64,000 nt of DNA, from assembly GCA_963783375.1 (NCBI GenBank), contig CAWANH010000028.1, forward strand, positions 1,389,670 to 1,453,669, in the 5' to 3' direction. Below are positions 1 through 10,844 of this stretch, in pieces. The notes beneath the pieces are model-generated. The model had not been told where the DNA came from and did not search any database. It saw only the letters and a program-made list of their open reading frames with translations. The first letter of the stretch is position 1; each line of letters starts with the position of its first letter. The DNA comes from Candidatus Eiseniibacteriota bacterium. Lineage in GTDB: Bacteria; Eisenbacteria; RBG-16-71-46; JABDJR01. Both the position numbers and the translations under genes were made by a program.

Positions 1-566
1 TTCCCGTCGTCGTCGATCCCGTTCCCGGGGATCTCGCCGGGGTTGGTCCAGATGTTGGCGGCGAGGTCGGGATGGGTGTAGTCCACGCCGGTGTCGATGA
101 CCCCGACCAGCACCGAATCCGACCCGGTGAAGACGTCCCATGCGTTGGTGGCGTGGATGTCCGCTCCCGCGGTGCCCCCGGTCTGTCCGGTGTTCTGCAT
201 GCCCCAGAGCTGCGGGAACATGGGGTCGTCGGGCACCTCATCGGCGGTGAGGACGTAGTTCGGTTCCGCGTACTCGACCTTGGGGTTTCCCTGGAGGCGG
301 GCGATGGCCTCTTCCACCGTCATCCCGTCCTCGAGGTGGTTGAGTTCCGAGCGGATCCGGCCCCATGCTTTCATCTTCTGGCCGTGGATCTCGCCGCGGA
401 TCTGGTCCTTTTCGGCATGGGTGGTGTTCACCTTGTACTTGACGATGATTTCGTTCGATGCGTGCGGGATGCCTCCCTGGTCCGCGGGCACCGGCGTCGC
501 CGGTATGATCGCGGCGACCACGAGGAGGGCTAGCATCAGGGAAAAGAAGATCCCCAGCCTGGACAT
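1..566 (-). CDS. S8 family subtilisin-like serine peptidase (N-terminal part; runs off the window start)
   Basis: The reverse-strand translation starts MSRLGIFFSLMLALLVVAA (signal peptide). It continues through an I9-like propeptide and the Asp catalytic motif VGVIDTGVDYTHPDLA...GNGIDDDGNG. ATG at 566 with a GGAGG RBS 7 nt upstream. Absent from the ORF track because it runs off the window start. Confidence 0.8.
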   Translation of the reverse strand, partial: MSRLGIFFSLMLALLVVAAIIPATPVPADQGGIPHASNEIIVKYKVNTTHAEKDQIRGEIHGQKMKAWGRIRSELNHLEDGMTVEEAIARLQGNPKVEYAEPNYVLTADEVPDDPMFPQLWGMQNTGQTGGTAGADIHATNAWDVFTGSDSVLVGVIDTGVDYTHPDLAANIWTNPGEIPGNGIDDDG

Positions 567-969
567 GGTTCTACCTCCGACTGGAATTGAGGGGATGCCG
601 CAACAGGAATGCACCGATCCCGTGCAGGCAAGCACGTGGCATCACGACGACCCCCCCGGTGGGTCCTTGTTCGACGAACAGGTCGGGAGGCGGTTCAGGG
701 GTCGGAGGCCGTTTCCGTACGGGACCGGGGAGGGCTATCCAAGTTGCCGGTCCCGGAGGTGAGGGCCCAAGCTTCGGGATCCGAAGCGCCTGACCAAACT
801 CCCCAGCGTAGCCCATTCTTACTACTTTCAGGCTTGAACTGGCAATGATTTTTACAATCAGTACATACTTTGTCACCACCCCGCAGGAGCGAAGTCAATT
901 TCAGCGCAGTTTCCGGCAGCGGAAGGAGTTCCCCGGCCGGGAGGCCGGCGCCGGACCGCCTGTCTCCGT

Positions 970-2049
970 TCAAAACAGGGTGAGCTGGGGGCCGGGAGGG
1001 CGCCGAAAGGCTTCGGTGGAGAGCTCCACCCGGGCCGAGTCCAGGCCGGCTCGCTTCCGGGCCAGGTCGAACAGGGTCCGGATTTCCCGGGCGTAGACCC
1101 CTTCCCCCTCCATGCGCGCCCCGAATCGGGGGTCGTTGAGCTTCCCGCCCCGCAGGGCCCGGATCCGGTTCAGCACCTTGTCCCGGCGGGCGGGAAAATG
1201 GGTCTCGAGCCAGCGCTCGAAGAGCGGCGCCACCGCGTGGGGAAGCCGGAGCACGGTGTAGGAGACCCCGCTCGCGCCGGCCTCGGCGGCGGCGGACACC
1301 AGGGCGGGGATCTCCGGCTCGGTCAGCCCCGGGATCACCGGCGCCACCATCACCCCGACCGGGATCCCCGCCTCCGCGAGCGCGCGCACCGCGTCCAGCC
1401 GGCGACGGGGGCTCGAGGTCCGGGGCTCCATCACGCTCCGCAACGCGTCGTCGAGGGTGGTGATGGACACCGACACCGAGACCGCCCGGTGGCGGGCCAG
1501 CTCGGCCAGAAGATCCACGTCCCGGGTCACCAGGTGGTTCTTGGTGATGACCGCGACGGGATTCCGGAATTCCGCCAGGACCTCCAGGCAGCGCCGGGTG
1601 AGCCCGAGTCGTTTTTCCACCGGCTGGTAGGGATCGGTGACCCCGCTCAAGGCCAGCGTCCTGGGTTCCCATCGGGGCGAGGCGAGCGCCTTCCGCAGGA
1701 GTTCCGGCGCGTCCTCCTTCACCATGATCCGGGTCTCGAAGTCGAGCCCGGCGGAGAGGCCGAAGTACTCGTGGGTGGGCCGGGCGTAGCAGTAGATGCA
1801 GCCGTGCTCGCACCCGCGGTAGGGATTGAGGCTGGCGTCGAATCCCACGTCGGGGCTCGTGTTGGTGGCGATCACCGACCGGCCGCGGTCACGGTAGAAG
1901 CGGGTGGGCACCCCCGCGCTCATCTCGTGCTCGGTCTCGGGGTCCGGGACGACCCCGATCTCCTCGAACCGATTGGGCGGGTTGGCCCCCGCCCCCCGGC
2001 CGCGGACGCGGGGGGGCGGCCCCGCGGATTCCTGGAGTTCTTCGTGCAT
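970..2049 (-). CDS. radical SAM protein (PA0069 / SPL-like family)
   Basis: CEHGCIYC CxxxCxxC motif, preceded by NPYRGC. The track ORF 970..2433 has an Arg-rich N-terminal extension that is unlikely to be coding; start assigned to the internal ATG at 2049. Confidence 0.75.
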   Translation of the reverse strand: MHEELQESAGPPPRVRGRGAGANPPNRFEEIGVVPDPETEHEMSAGVPTRFYRDRGRSVIATNTSPDVGFDASLNPYRGCEHGCIYCYARPTHEYFGLSAGLDFETRIMVKEDAPELLRKALASPRWEPRTLALSGVTDPYQPVEKRLGLTRRCLEVLAEFRNPVAVITKNHLVTRDVDLLAELARHRAVSVSVSITTLDDALRSVMEPRTSSPRRRLDAVRALAEAGIPVGVMVAPVIPGLTEPEIPALVSAAAEAGASGVSYTVLRLPHAVAPLFERWLETHFPARRDKVLNRIRALRGGKLNDPRFGARMEGEGVYAREIRTLFDLARKRAGLDSARVELSTEAFRRPPGPQLTLF

Positions 2050-2407
2050 GGTTCTCTTTCCGGGGGAAAGCCGGCGAGTCGGCGCGCTCCGGGTCAGGGT
2101 AGCAGGGACCTCCGAAAAAGCCAAGCATGCGTTTAGTATTCCGCCGCCTCCCGCACCGCCCGCCGAGGCCTCGGCGGGGCGGACACCGCCGTTTGGGGTC
2201 GGGAAGGAATCGGAGCAACTTCTCCCGCGCTTCCCGCGTCTAGAACGAAGTCGAAGGAGAAGGTGCGCCGGCCGGCGGCGCCGGCGGAGGAGCCGGCGAC
2301 GGCCGCCCGAAGGGCCGACGATCGCCGCCGGGCCGGGACGCGTTACCATCCCGACTTCCCGTCTACCCGGCCCAAGCCGCGTCGCCAACCGGAGAGAAGA
2401 GGTCGTC

Positions 2408-3322
2408 ATGCTCGAGATCCGCGATCTGGTCAAGGTCTACCCCGGCCCCGTGGTCGCCCTCCAGGACGTGAGGCTGGACATCCCCACCGGCATGTTCGGG
2501 CTCCTGGGCCCGAACGGCGCGGGAAAGACCACCCTGATGCGCATCCTGGCCGGGCTCCTCGAACCCACCTCGGGATCGGTCACCCTGGACGGCGATCCGA
2601 TCCTGGAGAACCCGAAGCGGCTCTGGGAGCGTCTCGGCTACCTCCCCCAGGACTTCGGGTTCTATCCGCACCTGACCGGGGACGCCATGCTCGCCTATCT
2701 CCTGAACCTGAAGGGGGTGCGGGGGAACGGCAGCTCCAAGGCGCTCCGCGCCGAGCTCCTGGAGCGGGTGAACCTGACCTTCGCCGCCAAGCGCAAGGTG
2801 AAGTCCTACTCGGGGGGGATGCGCCAGCGCCTGGGGATCGCCCAGGCGGTGGCCGGCGACCCGCGGCTGATCATCGTGGACGAGCCGACCGCCGGGCTCG
2901 ATCCCGAGGAGCGCATCCGCTTCTACCGCATCCTGGCCGAGCTGGCCGAGAACCGCACGGTGATCCTCTCCACCCACATCGTGGAGGACGTGGCCGTCCT
3001 CTGCCCCCGCTTCGCGGTCATTCGCGAGGGGCGGGTGATCGCGCGCACCACCCCCACCGCGGCCCGCGAGGCCATCGAGGGGGCGGTGTTCGAGGGCCGG
3101 GTCGCCGGCGGCGACCTGGAGGAACTCGGCCGGAAGCACGTGGTGACCCAGGCCATCCTGGTGGAGGGGAAGAACCGGGTGCGGATCTACTCTCCCGACG
3201 CACCCCCGCCCGCGGGCTTCGATCCGGTCCCCGCCACCCTCGAGGACGCCTACCTGGTCCTCATGCGGACGGGTAACGCGGGCCTGGCCGAGACCCTGGC
3301 CGCGGCGGGAGCGGAATCATGA
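2408..3322 (+). CDS. ABC transporter ATP-binding protein
   Basis: Walker [13 protein letters not shown] signature SGGMRQRLGIAQ, Walker B IIVDEPTAGLD. ATG at 2408. Its stop overlaps the next start in an ATGA. Confidence 0.9.
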   Translation: MLEIRDLVKVYPGPVVALQDVRLDIPTGMFGLLGPNGAGKTTLMRILAGLLEPTSGSVTLDGDPILENPKRLWERLGYLPQDFGFYPHLTGDAMLAYLLNLKGVRGNGSSKALRAELLERVNLTFAAKRKVKSYSGGMRQRLGIAQAVAGDPRLIIVDEPTAGLDPEERIRFYRILAELAENRTVILSTHIVEDVAVLCPRFAVIREGRVIARTTPTAAREAIEGAVFEGRVAGGDLEELGRKHVVTQAILVEGKNRVRIYSPDAPPPAGFDPVPATLEDAYLVLMRTGNAGLAETLAAAGAES

Positions 3323-6300
3323 ACCTCCGCCGGATCCGCCAGGAATTCGGGATGGAGTTCGCCCATGACCTGAAGCGCCCCCTGTTCTGGGTGCTGATCG
3401 TCATCCTGGGGCTCACCGCCTGGGGCCTCTCCTCGGGGCAGATGCGCATCTCCTCCGGGGATTCCACCGTGGGGGGCACCAAGGCCTGGATCACCTCGAT
3501 GTACGCGGTGAGCCAGATGATCTCCATGGTGGTGATGATGTTCTACGCCTTCTTCGTGGCGGTGGCCGCGGGGATGACGGTGATTCGCGACGATGAGCTC
3601 AAGGTGGGCGAACTCCTCCATGCGACCCCCCTCACCCCCGGCGAGTACGTCTGGGGGCGCTTCGCCGGGGTGACGGCCACGTTCCTGGTCGCCCTGGCTC
3701 TCCAGATGCTCCTGATGATCTTCTTCGCCTACGTCTTTCCCCACCCCGGCAAGGAGGAGATGTTCGGCCCCTTCACGGCGGTCCACTACGCGGTCCCCGC
3801 CCTGGTGTTCGCGCTCCCCACCATCCTCTTCTTCGCCGGGGTCGCCTTCGCCCTCGGAATCTTCACCCGGAAACCCATCCTGGTCTTCATGTTCCCCCTG
3901 GCCGCGCTTCTCATCGTGGCCTTCTTCATGTGGGATTGGTCTCCGACCTGGCTTGCCCTCCGGTGGAACCGGCTCCTCATGGTGCTGGATCCGTCCGGGT
4001 TCCGCTGGTTGAACGAGACCTGGCTCAAGGTCGACCGCGGGGTGGACTTCTACAACACCGCCCCCGTCCGCTACGACGTCTACTTCCTGGTGAACCGGCT
4101 GCTCTGTCTGGTTCTGGGGTTCGCGGCGGTGGCGCTGGCCGGGTGGCGCTTTGCCCGTACCCTCCGAGGCTCCGCCGCGCCCCGGGGCCGGCGTTTCGGC
4201 CTCGGGCGGGCGCACACCGGCCCGTGGGGCGTCTCCGAGACCGGGGGCGCGGCCGAACCCGCGACCCTCCCCACGGTCCGCCGTCCCCTGAGCGAGCTGG
4301 GGATGCGGGGCTCCGCTCCGGGTTTTCTCCGGGGAACCTGGGAAGTGCTGCGGGTGGAACTTCGCGAGCTTCGGAGCCAGCCCGGGCTCTACCTCTTCGT
4401 GCCGATCATCCTCCTCCAGGTGATCGGGACGGCCCTGGTGGCCAACGGGGCGTTCTCGACCCCGCTCCTCCACACCCCCGGCACCCTGGCGGTGCGGAGC
4501 ATGAACACCCTGACCCTGTTGATCGTGCTCCTGGTGCTCTTCTACACCGTGGAGTCCCTGGAACGGGAGCGGAACACCGGCTTCGGATCGATCTTCCACG
4601 CCGCCCCGCTTCGCACCGGTTCGATCCTCCTGGGGAAGACCCTGGCCAACAGCGTGGTGGGGCTGGTGGTGGTGCTGGCCACCTTCGTGGCCTGCGCGAT
4701 CGTGCTGATCATCCAGGGGCGGATCGCCTTCGATCTCCGCCCGTTCCTTCTCGTCTGGGGGGCGCTCCTCATCCCCACCGTGGTGGCCTGGACCGCCTTC
4801 ACCGCCGCGCTCTGGGCGATCACCCGGAACCGGTTCACCACCTACGCCCTGGGTCTGGGCGTGCTGATCCTGACCGGCTACCTCCAGACCATCGGGAAGA
4901 TGAACTGGGCGGGGAACTGGGACATCTGGTCGGCGCTCCGCTGGAGCGACATGGGGACCTTCGAGCTGGACCGGACCGCCATCCTCCTCAACCGGATCGA
5001 GGTCCTGGCCCTGGCCGCGTTCTTCCTGGGGCTCACGGTGAAGCTCTTCCCGCGCCGGGACCTCGACCCGATACGGACCCTGGGGCGGCTCCGGCCCGGC
5101 GCGCTCCTCCGGGGATCCCTTCCGCTCCTGCCGGCCCTGGCGGTGGCGGGGATCGCCGCCGGCATGCTGATCCACGACGTGAACGCGGGATTCCAGGGGG
5201 GCGCGGCCAAGAAGCTGGCCAAGGACTACTGGCGGAAGAACATCGCCACCTACAAGGACTACCCGCTCCCCTCGTTCACCCACGTGGACCTCAAGGTGGA
5301 CCTCACGCCCCGGAGTCGCGGCCTGGCGGTCGAGGGCGCCTACCACTTCGTGAACCGGGACCGGAAGACCCTGGATCGGGTGCCGCTCACCGGCGGGCTC
5401 CACTGGAAGGATCTGGAGTGGACGATGAACGGGGAGAAGGCGACTCCCGAGGACCGCTCCCACCTCTACGTGTTCACCCCGCCCGCGCCCCTGGCCCCCG
5501 GGGACTCGCTCATCATCGGGTTCCGGTTCCACGGCCGCTATCCGGACGGCATCACCAAGAACGGCGGCGGGAACGATGAGTTCATCCTTCCGTCGGGGGT
5601 GGTGCTCACCAGCTTCCGGCCCACCATGGCGCCGCTCCTGGGCTTCCAGGAGGGGGTCGGGGTGGACAAGGACAACTCCTACGACTCCAAGGAATATCCG
5701 GACGATTTCTACGTGGGACGAACCAAGAGCGCCTTCGGAGTCGACCGGCCCTTCACCACCCACATCGAGGTCTCGGGGCCGGCCGGGTACACCCTGAACT
5801 CGGTGGGGACCCTGGTGAGCGACACCGCGGACGGCGACCGGCACACCGCGGTGTGGGTGAGCGACCGCCCGGTGACGTTCTTCAACGTGGTGGCCGGACG
5901 ATGGGACGTCCGCGACGGCGAGGGGACCCGGATCTTCTACCACCCCGCCCACCGCGTGAACGTCGAGGAGATGGGTGAGGCTCTGGACGCGGCCCGGAAA
6001 TACTACTCGGAGTGGTTCATGCCCTTCCCCTGGAAGGAGCTGAAGCTGAGCGAGTTTCCGGACATGGCCCGCTACGCCCAGGGATTTCCCACCGACATCA
6101 CCTTTTCCGAGGGAATCGGGTTCCTGACCAAGAGCGATCCCAAGACCAATCTCGCCTCCATGGTCACCGCCCACGAGTCGGCCCACCAGTGGTGGGGAAA
6201 CATCCTGAACCCGGGGGAGGGACCGGGGGGGAACATCCTCTCCGAGGGCATGGCGCACTACTCCACCGCCCTCCTCCTGGAGCAGATGAAGGGGGAACGG

Positions 6301-6963
6301 GGGCGGATGGAATTCCTGAAACGAATCGAGGAGATCTACGGGGACAACCGGCAGGCCGACTCCGAGCGCCCGCTGGTCAAGACCGACGGCAGCCGGGCCG
6401 GCGACAACGCCGTCGTCTACAACAAGGGCGGCTGGGTGTTCTGGATGCTGTTGAACCACCTCGGACGGGAGCGCGACCTGGCCGGGGTGCGCGACTTCAT
6501 CACCACCTACGCGGACAACCCGGACCACCCGGTGCTCCAGGACTTCGTGGCGGTGATGCGGAAGCAGTCGGCCGACACCACGGCCTACGACGCCTTCGTC
6601 CACCAGTGGTTCTTCGAGAAGGTCGTTCCCGAGTACCGGATCTCCGGGGTCAAGCGCGCCGAACTGAACGCGGTGGCCGACGCCTCGGGGGCGGCGGGAG
6701 CGTCCTGGGAAGTCACCGCCACCGTGGAGAACGCGGGAACGGGAACGATGCCGGTCGAGGTGGCGGCCACGACCGGGAAGCGGTTCGACAAGGAGGGAAA
6801 GCCCGGGACGGACTATCGCGACGCGCGGACCACGGTGACTCTGGCCGCGGGGGAGAAGCAGGACGTGACCATCCGGTGCGGGTTCAAGCCCGAGAAGCTG
6901 GTGGTGGATCCGGACGTGATGGTGCTGCAGCTGGAGCGGAAGCACGCGGAAGCGGGGCTGTAG
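3319..6963 (+). CDS. ABC-2 type permease fused to an M1 family aminopeptidase domain
   Basis: About 550 aa of N-terminal multi-TM permease is followed by an M1 peptidase core: the HEXXH region VTAHESAHQWWGN and the downstream LSEGMAHY glutamate motif. Translationally coupled to the ATPase. Confidence 0.85.
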   Translation: MNLRRIRQEFGMEFAHDLKRPLFWVLIVILGLTAWGLSSGQMRISSGDSTVGGTKAWITSMYAVSQMISMVVMMFYAFFVAVAAGMTVIRDDELKVGELLHATPLTPGEYVWGRFAGVTATFLVALALQMLLMIFFAYVFPHPGKEEMFGPFTAVHYAVPALVFALPTILFFAGVAFALGIFTRKPILVFMFPLAALLIVAFFMWDWSPTWLALRWNRLLMVLDPSGFRWLNETWLKVDRGVDFYNTAPVRYDVYFLVNRLLCLVLGFAAVALAGWRFARTLRGSAAPRGRRFGLGRAHTGPWGVSETGGAAEPATLPTVRRPLSELGMRGSAPGFLRGTWEVLRVELRELRSQPGLYLFVPIILLQVIGTALVANGAFSTPLLHTPGTLAVRSMNTLTLLIVLLVLFYTVESLERERNTGFGSIFHAAPLRTGSILLGKTLANSVVGLVVVLATFVACAIVLIIQGRIAFDLRPFLLVWGALLIPTVVAWTAFTAALWAITRNRFTTYALGLGVLILTGYLQTIGKMNWAGNWDIWSALRWSDMGTFELDRTAILLNRIEVLALAAFFLGLTVKLFPRRDLDPIRTLGRLRPGALLRGSLPLLPALAVAGIAAGMLIHDVNAGFQGGAAKKLAKDYWRKNIATYKDYPLPSFTHVDLKVDLTPRSRGLAVEGAYHFVNRDRKTLDRVPLTGGLHWKDLEWTMNGEKATPEDRSHLYVFTPPAPLAPGDSLIIGFRFHGRYPDGITKNGGGNDEFILPSGVVLTSFRPTMAPLLGFQEGVGVDKDNSYDSKEYPDDFYVGRTKSAFGVDRPFTTHIEVSGPAGYTLNSVGTLVSDTADGDRHTAVWVSDRPVTFFNVVAGRWDVRDGEGTRIFYHPAHRVNVEEMGEALDAARKYYSEWFMPFPWKELKLSEFPDMARYAQGFPTDITFSEGIGFLTKSDPKTNLASMVTAHESAHQWWGNILNPGEGPGGNILSEGMAHYSTALLLEQMKGERGRMEFLKRIEEIYGDNRQADSERPLVKTDGSRAGDNAVVYNKGGWVFWMLLNHLGRERDLAGVRDFITTYADNPDHPVLQDFVAVMRKQSADTTAYDAFVHQWFFEKVVPEYRISGVKRAELNAVADASGAAGASWEVTATVENAGTGTMPVEVAATTGKRFDKEGKPGTDYRDARTTVTLAAGEKQDVTIRCGFKPEKLVVDPDVMVLQLERKHAEAGL

Positions 6964-7262
6964 CCCGGGAGCGGATCAGCGAAGCCGCACGAGCTTCAGC
7001 GCCCCCGCGTCGAGGCCTCGGAGGCGCGCGTAGAAGACCCCGGAGGGAAGCGCCCGGCCGCGGGGGTCGTGGCCGTCCCGGCTCACCCGCCGCGATCCGG
7101 CGGAAACCGGGAGCAGCGCCACCGGGATCGTGAGGGTTCAAGTCGGCGTCCATTCCAGGCACGGCGCGAGGGACGATCGAAGGCGTGACTTGAGAATTGT
7201 ACCAGGGAGTGGGATCTTGTGTCCCGATCCGTTCCCGGCCGCGCACAGAGGAAGGACACGCC

Positions 7263-8606
7263 GTGAGACGCTGGACCGCATGGACCCTCGTTCTAGCCGG
7301 TGGGTTGCTCCTGGGAACCGCGGCGCCGGCTCGCGCCCAGGAGCGCGCCGATTCGGTGTCCGTCCCCGGCCCGGGCGGCACCCCCGGGCTCACCTGGCCG
7401 CTCGCCGCCCCCGCCTCCCCCGCCGCCGCCCGGCTGGTGCTGGAGGCCCGGAACCCCACCCTCCTCGCCCATTTCTACCGCGACGGCCTGCGCCTTCGCG
7501 TTCTCGCCGAAGACCGGGTCTCCGGGCGGACGGTCCTCGCTGCCGGCGGAACCCAGCTCGTGATCATCCGGGGCGCCGGTGATCGCGATCCCGGCGTCAC
7601 GCGTCTTCTTCTTCCCTCCGCCGACCTCGAGGCCTCGGCGCGTCTTCTCGCCGGACTGGAGCGCCCCTACCGGGAGATCCGCACCGTCGAAGGGGAACTG
7701 GTCGCGCTCCACTTCCGGGATCCCGAGGGAAACCCCGCGGGCTACGTGCTGGGATCGCTTCCCGCCCGCGCCTGGCTGGCGCCGTTCGAGGCGCCAAGCG
7801 GCGGCCGGGGGCACGACCGGAGCGGGCGGGTCGGTCTCATGGTCTACGGCGGGATCTACGGCACCTGGCTCGGGGTGGCGGTCCCGGTCGGGCTCGGTTC
7901 GGAAGACGCGTCGGTGATCGGCCTGTCCATCATCGCCGGAGGTCCCCTGGGCGTCCTGGCCGCCGACCGCTTCGCCCGGGGCCGTGATCTGAGCAAGGGA
8001 CGCACCGGAACCATGACCCTGGCCGGGAACTTCGCAACCTGGCAGGGGATCGGTTGGTCGACGGTGGCCGACGCCGATGCCAGGGACGCGGTGCTGGTGG
8101 GCGCGACGACCGGGCTCGGGAGTCTCCTGGCCGCGGGGCTTCTCACCGAGCGCGTTTCGGTTTCCGAGGGCCAGAGCATCGTCATGCACGGGTCGGCCTC
8201 CTGGGGAGCGTGGTACGGGCTGGTGGGGGCGGAGCTGGGGGATCCCTCCGGAGACGGCGTCGTCACCACCATGCTCCTGGCCAGCTCGGCCGGATTGGCC
8301 GCGGGAACCCTGTGGGGACTCGGGCACGACATGAGCCCGACCCGGGCCAGCCTCATCAACCTGGGGGGGATCCTCGGCACCGCCCTCGGCTTCGGACTCG
8401 ATCTCGTGTTCCGGATCGACAACGCCCCCGCCGTCTTCACCGTGGCCGGGCTGGGAACGGCGGCCGGGTTCACCGGAGCCACCCTGATGACCCGGGATCG
8501 CCCGGATGACGATCGAAGCGAGGGCTTCCGCCTCACCACCCCCGCGCGGTTCGCCCTGGGTCCCGACGGCGCCCCCCGGGTGGAGCTCCTGAGCGCGTCG
8601 TTCTGA
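7263..8606 (+). CDS. hypothetical exported/membrane protein with a Gly-rich multi-TM C-terminal half
   Basis: GTG start giving VRRWTAWTLVLAGGLLLGTAAPARAQE (signal peptide). The C-terminal half has repeated glycine-zipper-like hydrophobic segments. No recognisable family. Confidence 0.5.
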   Translation: MRRWTAWTLVLAGGLLLGTAAPARAQERADSVSVPGPGGTPGLTWPLAAPASPAAARLVLEARNPTLLAHFYRDGLRLRVLAEDRVSGRTVLAAGGTQLVIIRGAGDRDPGVTRLLLPSADLEASARLLAGLERPYREIRTVEGELVALHFRDPEGNPAGYVLGSLPARAWLAPFEAPSGGRGHDRSGRVGLMVYGGIYGTWLGVAVPVGLGSEDASVIGLSIIAGGPLGVLAADRFARGRDLSKGRTGTMTLAGNFATWQGIGWSTVADADARDAVLVGATTGLGSLLAAGLLTERVSVSEGQSIVMHGSASWGAWYGLVGAELGDPSGDGVVTTMLLASSAGLAAGTLWGLGHDMSPTRASLINLGGILGTALGFGLDLVFRIDNAPAVFTVAGLGTAAGFTGATLMTRDRPDDDRSEGFRLTTPARFALGPDGAPRVELLSASF

Positions 8607-8836
8607 TCGCTTTGACGGAGCATCCATCCGCCTGCTAAGTTCAAGTTCACATTGGTCATTGCCTCGAATGTCTTGATCGCCGCTCCAAAGGCGGCCGCGC
8701 GCGCCTCCCGGCGCGAATCGAGGGCCACTTGCCGGCCCCTGCGAGCCCGGGTCCCTTCCGACCCCTCGCTCTCGAGGCGGACTGGAGGCCCGGCCGGAAC
8801 CCGTTTTCGGCCCGGGGGCCTCCGGGAGCGTTGTTG

Positions 8837-10825
<1,989 letters not shown>

Positions 10826-10844
10826 TCGGGCGGCCGGGAAGGAG

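Noticed and set aside
3250-6945. 1231-aa minus-strand ORF antisense to the ABC permease/M1 peptidase gene
   Set aside because: It is a shadow ORF typical of high-GC DNA: Arg/Gly/Pro/His-rich, with no domains. The plus-strand frame has clear permease and HEXXH peptidase features.
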